Part shown: positions 24,101 to 39,100 of the stretch, one piece after another
Layout: every line of letters begins with the position of its first letter
How positions within the stretch are numbered: the first letter of the stretch is position 1
From: the human T2T-CHM13v2.0 reference genome, Homo sapiens
NCBI RefSeq assembly: GCF_009914755.1
Contig: NC_060928.1
Length of the DNA: 64,000 bases
Strand: one strand, 5' to 3'
Notes under the pieces: model-generated
Seen by the model: only the letters and a program-made list of their open reading frames with translations
The model's database searches: none
Told to the model about the DNA's origin: nothing
Program-made: the position numbers and the translations under genes

Positions 24101-27100
24101 AATCTTTTTGTAGAATCTGCAAGTGGATATTTGGATAGCTTTGAGGATTTCGTTGGAAACGGGATATCTTCATATAAAATCTAGACAGAAGCATTCTCAG
24201 AAACTTCTTTGTGCTGTATGTCCTCAATTAACAGAGTTGAACCATTGCTTGGATACAGCATTTTGGAAACATTCCTTGAGTAGAATCTGCAAGTTGATAT
24301 TTAGATAGATTTGAAGATTTCGTTGGAAAAGGGAATATCTCCATAGAAAATCTAGAGGGAAGCATTCTCAGAAACTGCTTTGTGATGTTTCCATTCAAGT
24401 CACAGAGTTGAATATTCCCTTTTATAGAGCACGTTTGAAACACTCTTTCTGCACTATCTGGAAGTGGACATTTCGAGCGCTTTGAGGCCTATGGTGAAAA
24501 AGGAAATATCTTCCCATAAAAACTAGACAGAAGCATTCTCAGAAACTTGTTTGTGATGTGTGTATTCAACTAACAGAGTTGAACTTTTGTTTTTACAGAG
24601 CCGTTTTAAAACACTCTTTTTGTGGAATCAGAAAGTGGATATTCGGATGGCTCTGAGGATTTCGTTGGAAGCGGGATTACATATAAAATCTAGAGAGAAG
24701 CATTCTCAGGAACTTCTTTGTGATGTTTGCATTGAAGTCACAGAATTGAACATTCACTTTGATAGAGCAGGTTTGAAACACTCATTCTGTAGTATCTGGA
24801 AGTGGACATTTCAAGCGCTTTCAGGCCTATGGTGAGAAAGGAAATATCTTCGAATAAAAACTAGACAGAAGCATCCTCAGAAACTTATTTGTGATGTGTG
24901 TCCTCAACTAACAGAGTTGAAACTTTGTTTTGATACAGCATTTTGGAAACACTCTTTTTGTAGAATCTGCAGGTGGATATTTGGATAGCTTAGAGGGATT
25001 CGTTGGAAAGGGGATATCTTCATATAAAATCTAGACAGAAGCATTCTCAGAAACTTATTTGTGATGTGTGTCCTCAACTAACAGAGTTGAACCTTGGTTT
25101 TGATACAGCATTTTGGAAACACTCCTTTTGTAGAATCTGCAGGTGGATATGTGGATAGCTCTGAAGATTTCGTTGGAAACGGGAATTTCTTCATATAAAA
25201 TCAAACAGAAGCATTCTCAGAAACTTCTCAGTGATGTTTGCATTCAGCTCATGGAGTTGAACACTTCCTTTCATAGAGCCGGTTTGAAACACTCTTTCTG
25301 CACTACCTGGAAGAGGACATTTCGAGCGCTTTGAGTCCTATGGTGAAAAAGGAAATATCTTCTCATAAAAACCAGAAAGAAGCATTCTCAGAAACTTCTT
25401 TGTGTTGTGTGTACTCATGTAACAGTGTTGAACCATCCTTTTGACAGAGCAGTTTTGAAACACTCTTTTTGTAGAATCTGCAAGTGGATATTTGGATAGC
25501 TTTGAGGATTTCGTTGGAAACGGGATGACATATAATATCTAGAGAGAAGCATTCTCAGGAACTTCTTTGTGATGTTTGCATTCAAGTCACAGAATTGAAC
25601 ATTCCCTTTCATAGAGCAGGTTTGAAACACTCTTTCTCTAGTATCTGGAAGTGGGCATTTCAAGCGCTTTCAGGCCTATGGAGAGAAAGGAAATACCTTC
25701 AAATAAAAACTAGACAGAAGCATTCTCAGAAACTTATTTGTGATGTGTGTCCTCAACTAACAGAGTTGAACCTTTGTTTTGATACAGCATTTTGGAAACA
25801 CTCCTTTTGTAGAATCTGCAGGTGGATATTTGGATAACTTTGAAGATTTCGTTGGAAACCGGAATATCTTCATATAAAATCAAGACAGAAGCATTCTCGG
25901 AAACATCTCTGTGATGTTTGCATTCAACTCAGTAGAGTTGAACACTTCCTTTCATAGAGCCGGTTTGAAACACTCTTTCTGCACTACCTGGAAGCGGACA
26001 TTTCGAGCGCTTTGAGGCCTATGGTGAAAAAGGAAATATCTTCTCATAAAAACCAGAAAGAAGCATTCTCAGAAACTTCTTTGTGTTGTGTGTACTCAAG
26101 TAACAGTGTTGAACCTTCCTTTTGACACAGCAGTTTTGAAACACTCTTTTGGTAGAATCTGCAAGTGGATATTTGGATAGCTTTGAGGATTTCGTTGGAA
26201 ACGGGTTATCTTCATATAAAATCCAGACAGGAGCATTCTCAGAAACTTCTTTGTGCTGCATGTCCTCAATTCACAGAGCTGAACCTTTGTTTGGATACAG
26301 CATTTTGGAAACATTCCTTTAGTAGAATCTGCAAGTTGATATTTAGATAGCTTTGAAGATTTCGTTGGAAACGGGAATATCTTCATAGAAAATCTAGACG
26401 GAAGCATTCTCAGAAACTGCTTTGTGATGTTTGCATTCAAGTCACAGAGTTGAATATTCCCTTTTATAGAGTAGGTTTGAAACACTCTTTCGGCACTACC
26501 TGGAAGTGGATATTTCGAGCTCTTTGAGGCCTATGGTTAAAAGGAAATATCTTCCCATAAAAACTAGACAGAAGCCGTCTCAGAAACTTGTTTGTGATGT
26601 GTGTATTCAACTACCAGAGTTGAACATTTCTGTTACAGAGCAATTTTAAAACACTCTTTTTGTGGAATCTGAAAGTGGATAATTGGATAGCTTTGTGGAT
26701 TTCGTTGGAAACGGGATGACGTATAAAATCTAGAGAGAAGCATTCTCAGGAACTTCTTTCTGATGTTTGCATTCAAGTCACAGAATTGAACATTCCTTTT
26801 CATAGTGCAGGTTTGAAACACTCTTTCTGTAGTATCTGGAAGTGGACATTTCAAGCGCTTTCAGGCCTACGGGGAGAAAGGAAATATCTTCAAATAAAAA
26901 CTAGACAGAAGGATTCTCAGAAACTTATTTGTGATGTGTGTCCTAAACGAACACAGTTGAACCTTTGTTTTGATACAGCATTTTGGAAACACTCCTTTTG
27001 TAGGATCTGCAGGTGGATATTTGGATAGATTTTAAGATTTCGTTGGAAACGGGAGTTTCTTCATAGAAACTCAAGACAGATGCATTCTCAGAAACATCTC

Positions 27101-30100
27101 TGTGATGTTTGCATTCCACTCATAGAGTTGAAAACTTCCTTTCATAGAGCAGGTTTGAAACACTCTTTTTGTAATATTTGGAAGTGGACATTTGCAGCGC
27201 TTTGAGGCCTATGGTGAAAAAGGAAATATCTTCTCATAAAAACCAGAAACAAGCATTCTCAGAAACTTCTTTTTGATGTGTGTACTCAAGTAACAGAGTT
27301 GAACCTTCCTTTTGACACAGCAGTTTTGAAACAATCTTTTTGTAGAATCTGCAAGTGGATATTTGGATAGCTTTGAGGATTTCGTTGGAAACGGGATATC
27401 TTCATATAAAATCTAGACAGAAGCATTCTCAGAAACTTCTTTGTGCTGTATGTCCTCAATTAACAGAGTTGAACCATTGCTTGGATACAGCATTTTGGAA
27501 ACATTCCTTGAGTAGAATCTGCAAGTTGATATTTAGATAGATTTGAAGATTTCGTTGGAAAAGGGAATATCTCCATAGAAAATCTAGAGGGAAGCATTCT
27601 CAGAAACTGCTTTGTGATGTTTCCATTCAAGTCACAGAGTTGAATATTCCCTTTTATAGAGCACGTTTGAAACACTCTTTCTGCACTATCTGGAAGTGGA
27701 CATTTCGAGCGCTTTGAGGCCTATGGTGAAAAAGGAAATATCTTCCCATAAAAACTAGACAGAAGCATTCTCAGAAACTTGTTTGTGATGTGTGTATTCA
27801 ACTAACAGAGTTGAACTTTTGTTTTTACAGAGCCGTTTTAAAACACTCTTTTTGTGGAATCAGAAAGTGGATATTCGGATGGCTCTGAGGATTTCGTTGG
27901 AAGCGGGATTACATATAAAATCTAGAGAGAAGCATTCTCAGGAACTTCTTTGTGATGTTTGCATTGAAGTCACAGAATTGAACATTCACTTTGATAGAGC
28001 AGGTTTGAAACACTCATTCTGTAGTATCTGGAAGTGGACATTTCAAGCGCTTTCAGGCCTATGGTGAGAAAGGAAATATCTTCGAATAAAAACTAGACAG
28101 AAGCATCCTCAGAAACTTATTTGTGATGTGTGTCCTCAACTAACAGAGTTGAAACTTTGTTTTGATACAGCATTTTGGAAACACTCTTTTTGTAGAATCT
28201 GCAGGTGGATATTTGGATAGCTTAGAGGGATTCGTTGGAAAGGGGATATCTTCATATAAAATCTAGACAGAAGCATTCTCAGAAACTTATTTGTGATGTG
28301 TGTCCTCAACTAACAGAGTTGAACCTTGGTTTTGATACAGCATTTTGGAAACACTCCTTTTGTAGAATCTGCAGGTGGATATGTGGATAGCTCTGAAGAT
28401 TTCGTTGGAAACGGGAATTTCTTCATATAAAATCAAACAGAAGCATTCTCAGAAACTTCTCAGTGATGTTTGCATTCAGCTCATGGAGTTGAACACTTCC
28501 TTTCATAGAGCCGGTTTGAAACACTCTTTCTGCACTACCTGGAAGAGGACATTTCGAGCGCTTTGAGTCCTATGGTGAAAAAGGAAATATCTTCTCATAA
28601 AAACCAGAAAGAAGCATTCTCAGAAACTTCTTTGTGTTGTGTGTACTCATGTAACAGTGTTGAACCATCCTTTTGACAGAGCAGTTTTGAAACACTCTTT
28701 TTGTAGAATCTGCAAGTGGATATTTGGATAGCTTTGAGGATTTCGTTGGAAACGGGATGACATATAATATCTAGAGAGAAGCATTCTCAGGAACTTCTTT
28801 GTGATGTTTGCATTCAAGTCACAGAATTGAACATTCCCTTTCATAGAGCAGGTTTGAAACACTCTTTCTCTAGTATCTGGAAGTGGGCATTTCAAGCGCT
28901 TTCAGGCCTATGGAGAGAAAGGAAATACCTTCAAATAAAAACTAGACAGAAGCATTCTCAGAAACTTATTTGTGATGTGTGTCCTCAACTAACAGAGTTG
29001 AACCTTTGTTTTGATACAGCATTTTGGAAACACTCCTTTTGTAGAATCTGCAGGTGGATATTTGGATAACTTTGAAGATTTCGTTGGAAACCGGAATATC
29101 TTCATATAAAATCAAGACAGAAGCATTCTCGGAAACATCTCTGTGATGTTTGCATTCAACTCAGTAGAGTTGAACACTTCCTTTCATAGAGCCGGTTTGA
29201 AACACTCTTTCTGCACTACCTGGAAGCGGACATTTCGAGCGCTTTGAGGCCTATGGTGAAAAAGGAAATATCTTCTCATAAAAACCAGAAAGAAGCATTC
29301 TCAGAAACTTCTTTGTGTTGTGTGTACTCAAGTAACAGTGTTGAACCTTCCTTTTGACACAGCAGTTTTGAAACACTCTTTTGGTAGAATCTGCAAGTGG
29401 ATATTTGGATAGCTTTGAGGATTTCGTTGGAAACGGGTTATCTTCATATAAAATCCAGACAGGAGCATTCTCAGAAACTTCTTTGTGCTGCATGTCCTCA
29501 ATTCACAGAGCTGAACCTTTGTTTGGATACAGCATTTTGGAAACATTCCTTTAGTAGAATCTGCAAGTTGATATTTAGATAGCTTTGAAGATTTCGTTGG
29601 AAACGGGAATATCTTCATAGAAAATCTAGACGGAAGCATTCTCAGAAACTGCTTTGTGATGTTTGCATTCAAGTCACAGAGTTGAATATTCCCTTTTATA
29701 GAGTAGGTTTGAAACACTCTTTCGGCACTACCTGGAAGTGGATATTTCGAGCTCTTTGAGGCCTATGGTTAAAAGGAAATATCTTCCCATAAAAACTAGA
29801 CAGAAGCCGTCTCAGAAACTTGTTTGTGATGTGTGTATTCAACTACCAGAGTTGAACATTTCTGTTACAGAGCAATTTTAAAACACTCTTTTTGTGGAAT
29901 CTGAAAGTGGATAATTGGATAGCTTTGTGGATTTCGTTGGAAACGGGATGACGTATAAAATCTAGAGAGAAGCATTCTCAGGAACTTCTTTCTGATGTTT
30001 GCATTCAAGTCACAGAATTGAACATTCCTTTTCATAGTGCAGGTTTGAAACACTCTTTCTGTAGTATCTGGAAGTGGACATTTCAAGCGCTTTCAGGCCT

Positions 30101-33100
30101 ACGGGGAGAAAGGAAATATCTTCAAATAAAAACTAGACAGAAGGATTCTCAGAAACTTATTTGTGATGTGTGTCCTAAACGAACACAGTTGAACCTTTGT
30201 TTTGATACAGCATTTTGGAAACACTCCTTTTGTAGGATCTGCAGGTGGATATTTGGATAGATTTTAAGATTTCGTTGGAAACGGGAGTTTCTTCATAGAA
30301 ACTCAAGACAGATGCATTCTCAGAAACATCTCTGTGATGTTTGCATTCCACTCATAGAGTTGAAAACTTCCTTTCATAGAGCAGGTTTGAAACACTCTTT
30401 TTGTAATATTTGGAAGTGGACATTTGCAGCGCTTTGAGGCCTATGGTGAAAAAGGAAATATCTTCTCATAAAAACCAGAAACAAGCATTCTCAGAAACTT
30501 CTTTTTGATGTGTGTACTCAAGTAACAGAGTTGAACCTTCCTTTTGACACAGCAGTTTTGAAACAATCTTTTTGTAGAATCTGCAAGTGGATATTTGGAT
30601 AGCTTTGAGGATTTCGTTGGAAACGGGATATCTTCATATAAAATCTAGACAGAAGCATTCTCAGAAACTTCTTTGTGCTGTATGTCCTCAATTAACAGAG
30701 TTGAACCATTGCTTGGATACAGCATTTTGGAAACATTCCTTGAGTAGAATCTGCAAGTTGATATTTAGATAGATTTGAAGATTTCGTTGGAAAAGGGAAT
30801 ATCTCCATAGAAAATCTAGAGGGAAGCATTCTCAGAAACTGCTTTGTGATGTTTCCATTCAAGTCACAGAGTTGAATATTCCCTTTTATAGAGCACGTTT
30901 GAAACACTCTTTCTGCACTATCTGGAAGTGGACATTTCGAGCGCTTTGAGGCCTATGGTGAAAAAGGAAATATCTTCCCATAAAAACTAGACAGAAGCAT
31001 TCTCAGAAACTTGTTTGTGATGTGTGTATTCAACTAACAGAGTTGAACTTTTGTTTTTACAGAGCCGTTTTAAAACACTCTTTTTGTGGAATCAGAAAGT
31101 GGATATTCGGATGGCTCTGAGGATTTCGTTGGAAGCGGGATTACATATAAAATCTAGAGAGAAGCATTCTCAGGAACTTCTTTGTGATGTTTGCATTGAA
31201 GTCACAGAATTGAACATTCACTTTGATAGAGCAGGTTTGAAACACTCATTCTGTAGTATCTGGAAGTGGACATTTCAAGCGCTTTCAGGCCTATGGTGAG
31301 AAAGGAAATATCTTCGAATAAAAACTAGACAGAAGCATCCTCAGAAACTTATTTGTGATGTGTGTCCTCAACTAACAGAGTTGAAACTTTGTTTTGATAC
31401 AGCATTTTGGAAACACTCTTTTTGTAGAATCTGCAGGTGGATATTTGGATAGCTTAGAGGGATTCGTTGGAAAGGGGATATCTTCATATAAAATCTAGAC
31501 AGAAGCATTCTCAGAAACTTATTTGTGATGTGTGTCCTCAACTAACAGAGTTGAACCTTGGTTTTGATACAGCATTTTGGAAACACTCCTTTTGTAGAAT
31601 CTGCAGGTGGATATGTGGATAGCTCTGAAGATTTCGTTGGAAACGGGAATTTCTTCATATAAAATCAAACAGAAGCATTCTCAGAAACTTCTCAGTGATG
31701 TTTGCATTCAGCTCATGGAGTTGAACACTTCCTTTCATAGAGCCGGTTTGAAACACTCTTTCTGCACTACCTGGAAGAGGACATTTCGAGCGCTTTGAGT
31801 CCTATGGTGAAAAAGGAAATATCTTCTCATAAAAACCAGAAAGAAGCATTCTCAGAAACTTCTTTGTGTTGTGTGTACTCATGTAACAGTGTTGAACCAT
31901 CCTTTTGACAGAGCAGTTTTGAAACACTCTTTTTGTAGAATCTGCAAGTGGATATTTGGATAGCTTTGAGGATTTCGTTGGAAACGGGATGACATATAAT
32001 ATCTAGAGAGAAGCATTCTCAGGAACTTCTTTGTGATGTTTGCATTCAAGTCACAGAATTGAACATTCCCTTTCATAGAGCAGGTTTGAAACACTCTTTC
32101 TCTAGTATCTGGAAGTGGGCATTTCAAGCGCTTTCAGGCCTATGGAGAGAAAGGAAATACCTTCAAATAAAAACTAGACAGAAGCATTCTCAGAAACTTA
32201 TTTGTGATGTGTGTCCTCAACTAACAGAGTTGAACCTTTGTTTTGATACAGCATTTTGGAAACACTCCTTTTGTAGAATCTGCAGGTGGATATTTGGATA
32301 ACTTTGAAGATTTCGTTGGAAACCGGAATATCTTCATATAAAATCAAGACAGAAGCATTCTCGGAAACATCTCTGTGATGTTTGCATTCAACTCAGTAGA
32401 GTTGAACACTTCCTTTCATAGAGCCGGTTTGAAACACTCTTTCTGCACTACCTGGAAGCGGACATTTCGAGCGCTTTGAGGCCTATGGTGAAAAAGGAAA
32501 TATCTTCTCATAAAAACCAGAAAGAAGCATTCTCAGAAACTTCTTTGTGTTGTGTGTACTCAAGTAACAGTGTTGAACCTTCCTTTTGACACAGCAGTTT
32601 TGAAACACTCTTTTGGTAGAATCTGCAAGTGGATATTTGGATAGCTTTGAGGATTTCGTTGGAAACGGGTTATCTTCATATAAAATCCAGACAGGAGCAT
32701 TCTCAGAAACTTCTTTGTGCTGCATGTCCTCAATTCACAGAGCTGAACCTTTGTTTGGATACAGCATTTTGGAAACATTCCTTTAGTAGAATCTGCAAGT
32801 TGATATTTAGATAGCTTTGAAGATTTCGTTGGAAACGGGAATATCTTCATAGAAAATCTAGACGGAAGCATTCTCAGAAACTGCTTTGTGATGTTTGCAT
32901 TCAAGTCACAGAGTTGAATATTCCCTTTTATAGAGTAGGTTTGAAACACTCTTTCGGCACTACCTGGAAGTGGATATTTCGAGCTCTTTGAGGCCTATGG
33001 TTAAAAGGAAATATCTTCCCATAAAAACTAGACAGAAGCCGTCTCAGAAACTTGTTTGTGATGTGTGTATTCAACTACCAGAGTTGAACATTTCTGTTAC

Positions 33101-36100
33101 AGAGCAATTTTAAAACACTCTTTTTGTGGAATCTGAAAGTGGATAATTGGATAGCTTTGTGGATTTCGTTGGAAACGGGATGACGTATAAAATCTAGAGA
33201 GAAGCATTCTCAGGAACTTCTTTCTGATGTTTGCATTCAAGTCACAGAATTGAACATTCCTTTTCATAGTGCAGGTTTGAAACACTCTTTCTGTAGTATC
33301 TGGAAGTGGACATTTCAAGCGCTTTCAGGCCTACGGGGAGAAAGGAAATATCTTCAAATAAAAACTAGACAGAAGGATTCTCAGAAACTTATTTGTGATG
33401 TGTGTCCTAAACGAACACAGTTGAACCTTTGTTTTGATACAGCATTTTGGAAACACTCCTTTTGTAGGATCTGCAGGTGGATATTTGGATAGATTTTAAG
33501 ATTTCGTTGGAAACGGGAATTTCTTCATAGAAACTCAAGACAGATGCATTCTCAGAAACATCTCTGTGATGTTTGCATTCCACTCATAGAGTTGAAAACT
33601 TCCTTTCATAGAGCAGGTTTGAAACACTCTTTTTGTAATATTTGGAAGTGGACATTTGCAGCGCTTTGAGGCCTATGGTGAAAAAGGAAATATCTTCTCA
33701 TAAAAACCAGAAACAAGCATTCTCAGAAACTTCTTTTTGATGTGTGTACTCAAGTAACAGAGTTGAACCTTCCTTTTGACACAGCAGTTTTGAAACAATC
33801 TTTTTGTAGAATCTGCAAGTGGATATTTGGATAGCTTTGAGGATTTCGTTGGAAACGGGATATCTTCATATAAAATCTAGACAGAAGCATTCTCAGAAAC
33901 TTCTTTGTGCTGTATGTCCTCAATTAACAGAGTTGAACCATTGCTTGGATACAGCATTTTGGAAACATTCCTTGAGTAGAATCTGCAAGTTGATATTTAG
34001 ATAGATTTGAAGATTTCGTTGGAAAAGGGAATATCTCCATAGAAAATCTAGAGGGAAGCATTCTCAGAAACTGCTTTGTGATGTTTCCATTCAAGTCACA
34101 GAGTTGAATATTCCCTTTTATAGAGCACGTTTGAAACACTCTTTCTGCACTATCTGGAAGTGGACATTTCGAGCGCTTTGAGGCCTATGGTGAAAAAGGA
34201 AATATCTTCCCATAAAAACTAGACAGAAGCATTCTCAGAAACTTGTTTGTGATGTGTGTATTCAACTAACAGAGTTGAACTTTTGTTTTTACAGAGCCGT
34301 TTTAAAACACTCTTTTTGTGGAATCAGAAAGTGGATATTCGGATGGCTCTGAGGATTTCGTTGGAAGCGGGATTACATATAAAATCTAGAGAGAAGCATT
34401 CTCAGGAACTTCTTTGTGATGTTTGCATTGAAGTCACAGAATTGAACATTCACTTTGATAGAGCAGGTTTGAAACACTCATTCTGTAGTATCTGGAAGTG
34501 GACATTTCAAGCGCTTTCAGGCCTATGGTGAGAAAGGAAATATCTTCGAATAAAAACTAGACAGAAGCATCCTCAGAAACTTATTTGTGATGTGTGTCCT
34601 CAACTAACAGAGTTGAAACTTTGTTTTGATACAGCATTTTGGAAACACTCTTTTTGTAGAATCTGCAGGTGGATATTTGGATAGCTTAGAGGGATTCGTT
34701 GGAAAGGGGATATCTTCATATAAAATCTAGACAGAAGCATTCTCAGAAACTTATTTGTGATGTGTGTCCTCAACTAACAGAGTTGAACCTTGGTTTTGAT
34801 ACAGCATTTTGGAAACACTCCTTTTGTAGAATCTGCAGGTGGATATGTGGATAGCTCTGAAGATTTCGTTGGAAACGGGAATTTCTTCATATAAAATCAA
34901 ACAGAAGCATTCTCAGAAACTTCTCAGTGATGTTTGCATTCAGCTCATGGAGTTGAACACTTCCTTTCATAGAGCCGGTTTGAAACACTCTTTCTGCACT
35001 ACCTGGAAGAGGACATTTCGAGCGCTTTGAGTCCTATGGTGAAAAAGGAAATATCTTCTCATAAAAACCAGAAAGAAGCATTCTCAGAAACTTCTTTGTG
35101 TTGTGTGTACTCATGTAACAGTGTTGAACCATCCTTTTGACAGAGCAGTTTTGAAACACTCTTTTTGTAGAATCTGCAAGTGGATATTTGGATAGCTTTG
35201 AGGATTTCGTTGGAAACGGGATGACATATAATATCTAGAGAGAAGCATTCTCAGGAACTTCTTTGTGATGTTTGCATTCAAGTCACAGAATTGAACATTC
35301 CCTTTCATAGAGCAGGTTTGAAACACTCTTTCTCTAGTATCTGGAAGTGGGCATTTCAAGCGCTTTCAGGCCTATGGAGAGAAAGGAAATACCTTCAAAT
35401 AAAAACTAGACAGAAGCATTCTCAGAAACTTATTTGTGATGTGTGTCCTCAACTAACAGAGTTGAACCTTTGTTTTGATACAGCATTTTGGAAACACTCC
35501 TTTTGTAGAATCTGCAGGTGGATATTTGGATAACTTTGAAGATTTCGTTGGAAACCGGAATATCTTCATATAAAATCAAGACAGAAGCATTCTCGGAAAC
35601 ATCTCTGTGATGTTTGCATTCAACTCAGTAGAGTTGAACACTTCCTTTCATAGAGCCGGTTTGAAACACTCTTTCTGCACTACCTGGAAGCGGACATTTC
35701 GAGCGCTTTGAGGCCTATGGTGAAAAAGGAAATATCTTCTCATAAAAACCAGAAAGAAGCATTCTCAGAAACTTCTTTGTGTTGTGTGTACTCAAGTAAC
35801 AGTGTTGAACCTTCCTTTTGACACAGCAGTTTTGAAACACTCTTTTGGTAGAATCTGCAAGTGGATATTTGGATAGCTTTGAGGATTTCGTTGGAAACGG
35901 GTTATCTTCATATAAAATCCAGACAGGAGCATTCTCAGAAACTTCTTTGTGCTGCATGTCCTCAATTCACAGAGCTGAACCTTTGTTTGGATACAGCATT
36001 TTGGAAACATTCCTTTAGTAGAATCTGCAAGTTGATATTTAGATAGCTTTGAAGATTTCGTTGGAAACGGGAATATCTTCATAGAAAATCTAGACGGAAG

Positions 36101-39100
36101 CATTCTCAGAAACTGCTTTGTGATGTTTGCATTCAAGTCACAGAGTTGAATATTCCCTTTTATAGAGTAGGTTTGAAACACTCTTTCGGCACTACCTGGA
36201 AGTGGATATTTCGAGCTCTTTGAGGCCTATGGTTAAAAGGAAATATCTTCCCATAAAAACTAGACAGAAGCCGTCTCAGAAACTTGTTTGTGATGTGTGT
36301 ATTCAACTACCAGAGTTGAACATTTCTGTTACAGAGCAATTTTAAAACACTCTTTTTGTGGAATCTGAAAGTGGATAATTGGATAGCTTTGTGGATTTCG
36401 TTGGAAACGGGATGACGTATAAAATCTAGAGAGAAGCATTCTCAGGAACTTCTTTCTGATGTTTGCATTCAAGTCACAGAATTGAACATTCCTTTTCATA
36501 GTGCAGGTTTGAAACACTCTTTCTGTAGTATCTGGAAGTGGACATTTCAAGCGCTTTCAGGCCTACGGGGAGAAAGGAAATATCTTCAAATAAAAACTAG
36601 ACAGAAGGATTCTCAGAAACTTATTTGTGATGTGTGTCCTAAACGAACACAGTTGAACCTTTGTTTTGATACAGCATTTTGGAAACACTCCTTTTGTAGG
36701 ATCTGCAGGTGGATATTTGGATAGATTTTAAGATTTCGTTGGAAACGGGAGTTTCTTCATAGAAACTCAAGACAGATGCATTCTCAGAAACATCTCTGTG
36801 ATGTTTGCATTCCACTCATAGAGTTGAAAACTTCCTTTCATAGAGCAGGTTTGAAACACTCTTTTTGTAATATTTGGAAGTGGACATTTGCAGCGCTTTG
36901 AGGCCTATGGTGAAAAAGGAAATATCTTCTCATAAAAACCAGAAACAAGCATTCTCAGAAACTTCTTTTTGATGTGTGTACTCAAGTAACAGAGTTGAAC
37001 CTTCCTTTTGACACAGCAGTTTTGAAACAATCTTTTTGTAGAATCTGCAAGTGGATATTTGGATAGCTTTGAGGATTTCGTTGGAAACGGGATATCTTCA
37101 TATAAAATCTAGACAGAAGCATTCTCAGAAACTTCTTTGTGCTGTATGTCCTCAATTAACAGAGTTGAACCATTGCTTGGATACAGCATTTTGGAAACAT
37201 TCCTTGAGTAGAATCTGCAAGTTGATATTTAGATAGATTTGAAGATTTCGTTGGAAAAGGGAATATCTCCATAGAAAATCTAGAGGGAAGCATTCTCAGA
37301 AACTGCTTTGTGATGTTTCCATTCAAGTCACAGAGTTGAATATTCCCTTTTATAGAGCACGTTTGAAACACTCTTTCTGCACTATCTGGAAGTGGACATT
37401 TCGAGCGCTTTGAGGCCTATGGTGAAAAAGGAAATATCTTCCCATAAAAACTAGACAGAAGCATTCTCAGAAACTTGTTTGTGATGTGTGTATTCAACTA
37501 ACAGAGTTGAACTTTTGTTTTTACAGAGCCGTTTTAAAACACTCTTTTTGTGGAATCAGAAAGTGGATATTCGGATGGCTCTGAGGATTTCGTTGGAAGC
37601 GGGATTACATATAAAATCTAGAGAGAAGCATTCTCAGGAACTTCTTTGTGATGTTTGCATTGAAGTCACAGAATTGAACATTCACTTTGATAGAGCAGGT
37701 TTGAAACACTCATTCTGTAGTATCTGGAAGTGGACATTTCAAGCGCTTTCAGGCCTATGGTGAGAAAGGAAATATCTTCGAATAAAAACTAGACAGAAGC
37801 ATCCTCAGAAACTTATTTGTGATGTGTGTCCTCAACTAACAGAGTTGAAACTTTGTTTTGATACAGCATTTTGGAAACACTCTTTTTGTAGAATCTGCAG
37901 GTGGATATTTGGATAGCTTAGAGGGATTCGTTGGAAAGGGGATATCTTCATATAAAATCTAGACAGAAGCATTCTCAGAAACTTATTTGTGATGTGTGTC
38001 CTCAACTAACAGAGTTGAACCTTGGTTTTGATACAGCATTTTGGAAACACTCCTTTTGTAGAATCTGCAGGTGGATATGTGGATAGCTCTGAAGATTTCG
38101 TTGGAAACGGGAATTTCTTCATATAAAATCAAACAGAAGCATTCTCAGAAACTTCTCAGTGATGTTTGCATTCAGCTCATGGAGTTGAACACTTCCTTTC
38201 ATAGAGCCGGTTTGAAACACTCTTTCTGCACTACCTGGAAGAGGACATTTCGAGCGCTTTGAGTCCTATGGTGAAAAAGGAAATATCTTCTCATAAAAAC
38301 CAGAAAGAAGCATTCTCAGAAACTTCTTTGTGTTGTGTGTACTCATGTAACAGTGTTGAACCATCCTTTTGACAGAGCAGTTTTGAAACACTCTTTTTGT
38401 AGAATCTGCAAGTGGATATTTGGATAGCTTTGAGGATTTCGTTGGAAACGGGATGACATATAATATCTAGAGAGAAGCATTCTCAGGAACTTCTTTGTGA
38501 TGTTTGCATTCAAGTCACAGAATTGAACATTCCCTTTCATAGAGCAGGTTTGAAACACTCTTTCTCTAGTATCTGGAAGTGGGCATTTCAAGCGCTTTCA
38601 GGCCTATGGAGAGAAAGGAAATACCTTCAAATAAAAACTAGACAGAAGCATTCTCAGAAACTTATTTGTGATGTGTGTCCTCAACTAACAGAGTTGAACC
38701 TTTGTTTTGATACAGCATTTTGGAAACACTCCTTTTGTAGAATCTGCAGGTGGATATTTGGATAACTTTGAAGATTTCGTTGGAAACCGGAATATCTTCA
38801 TATAAAATCAAGACAGAAGCATTCTCGGAAACATCTCTGTGATGTTTGCATTCAACTCAGTAGAGTTGAACACTTCCTTTCATAGAGCCGGTTTGAAACA
38901 CTCTTTCTGCACTACCTGGAAGCGGACATTTCGAGCGCTTTGAGGCCTATGGTGAAAAAGGAAATATCTTCTCATAAAAACCAGAAAGAAGCATTCTCAG
39001 AAACTTCTTTGTGTTGTGTGTACTCAAGTAACAGTGTTGAACCTTCCTTTTGACACAGCAGTTTTGAAACACTCTTTTGGTAGAATCTGCAAGTGGATAT

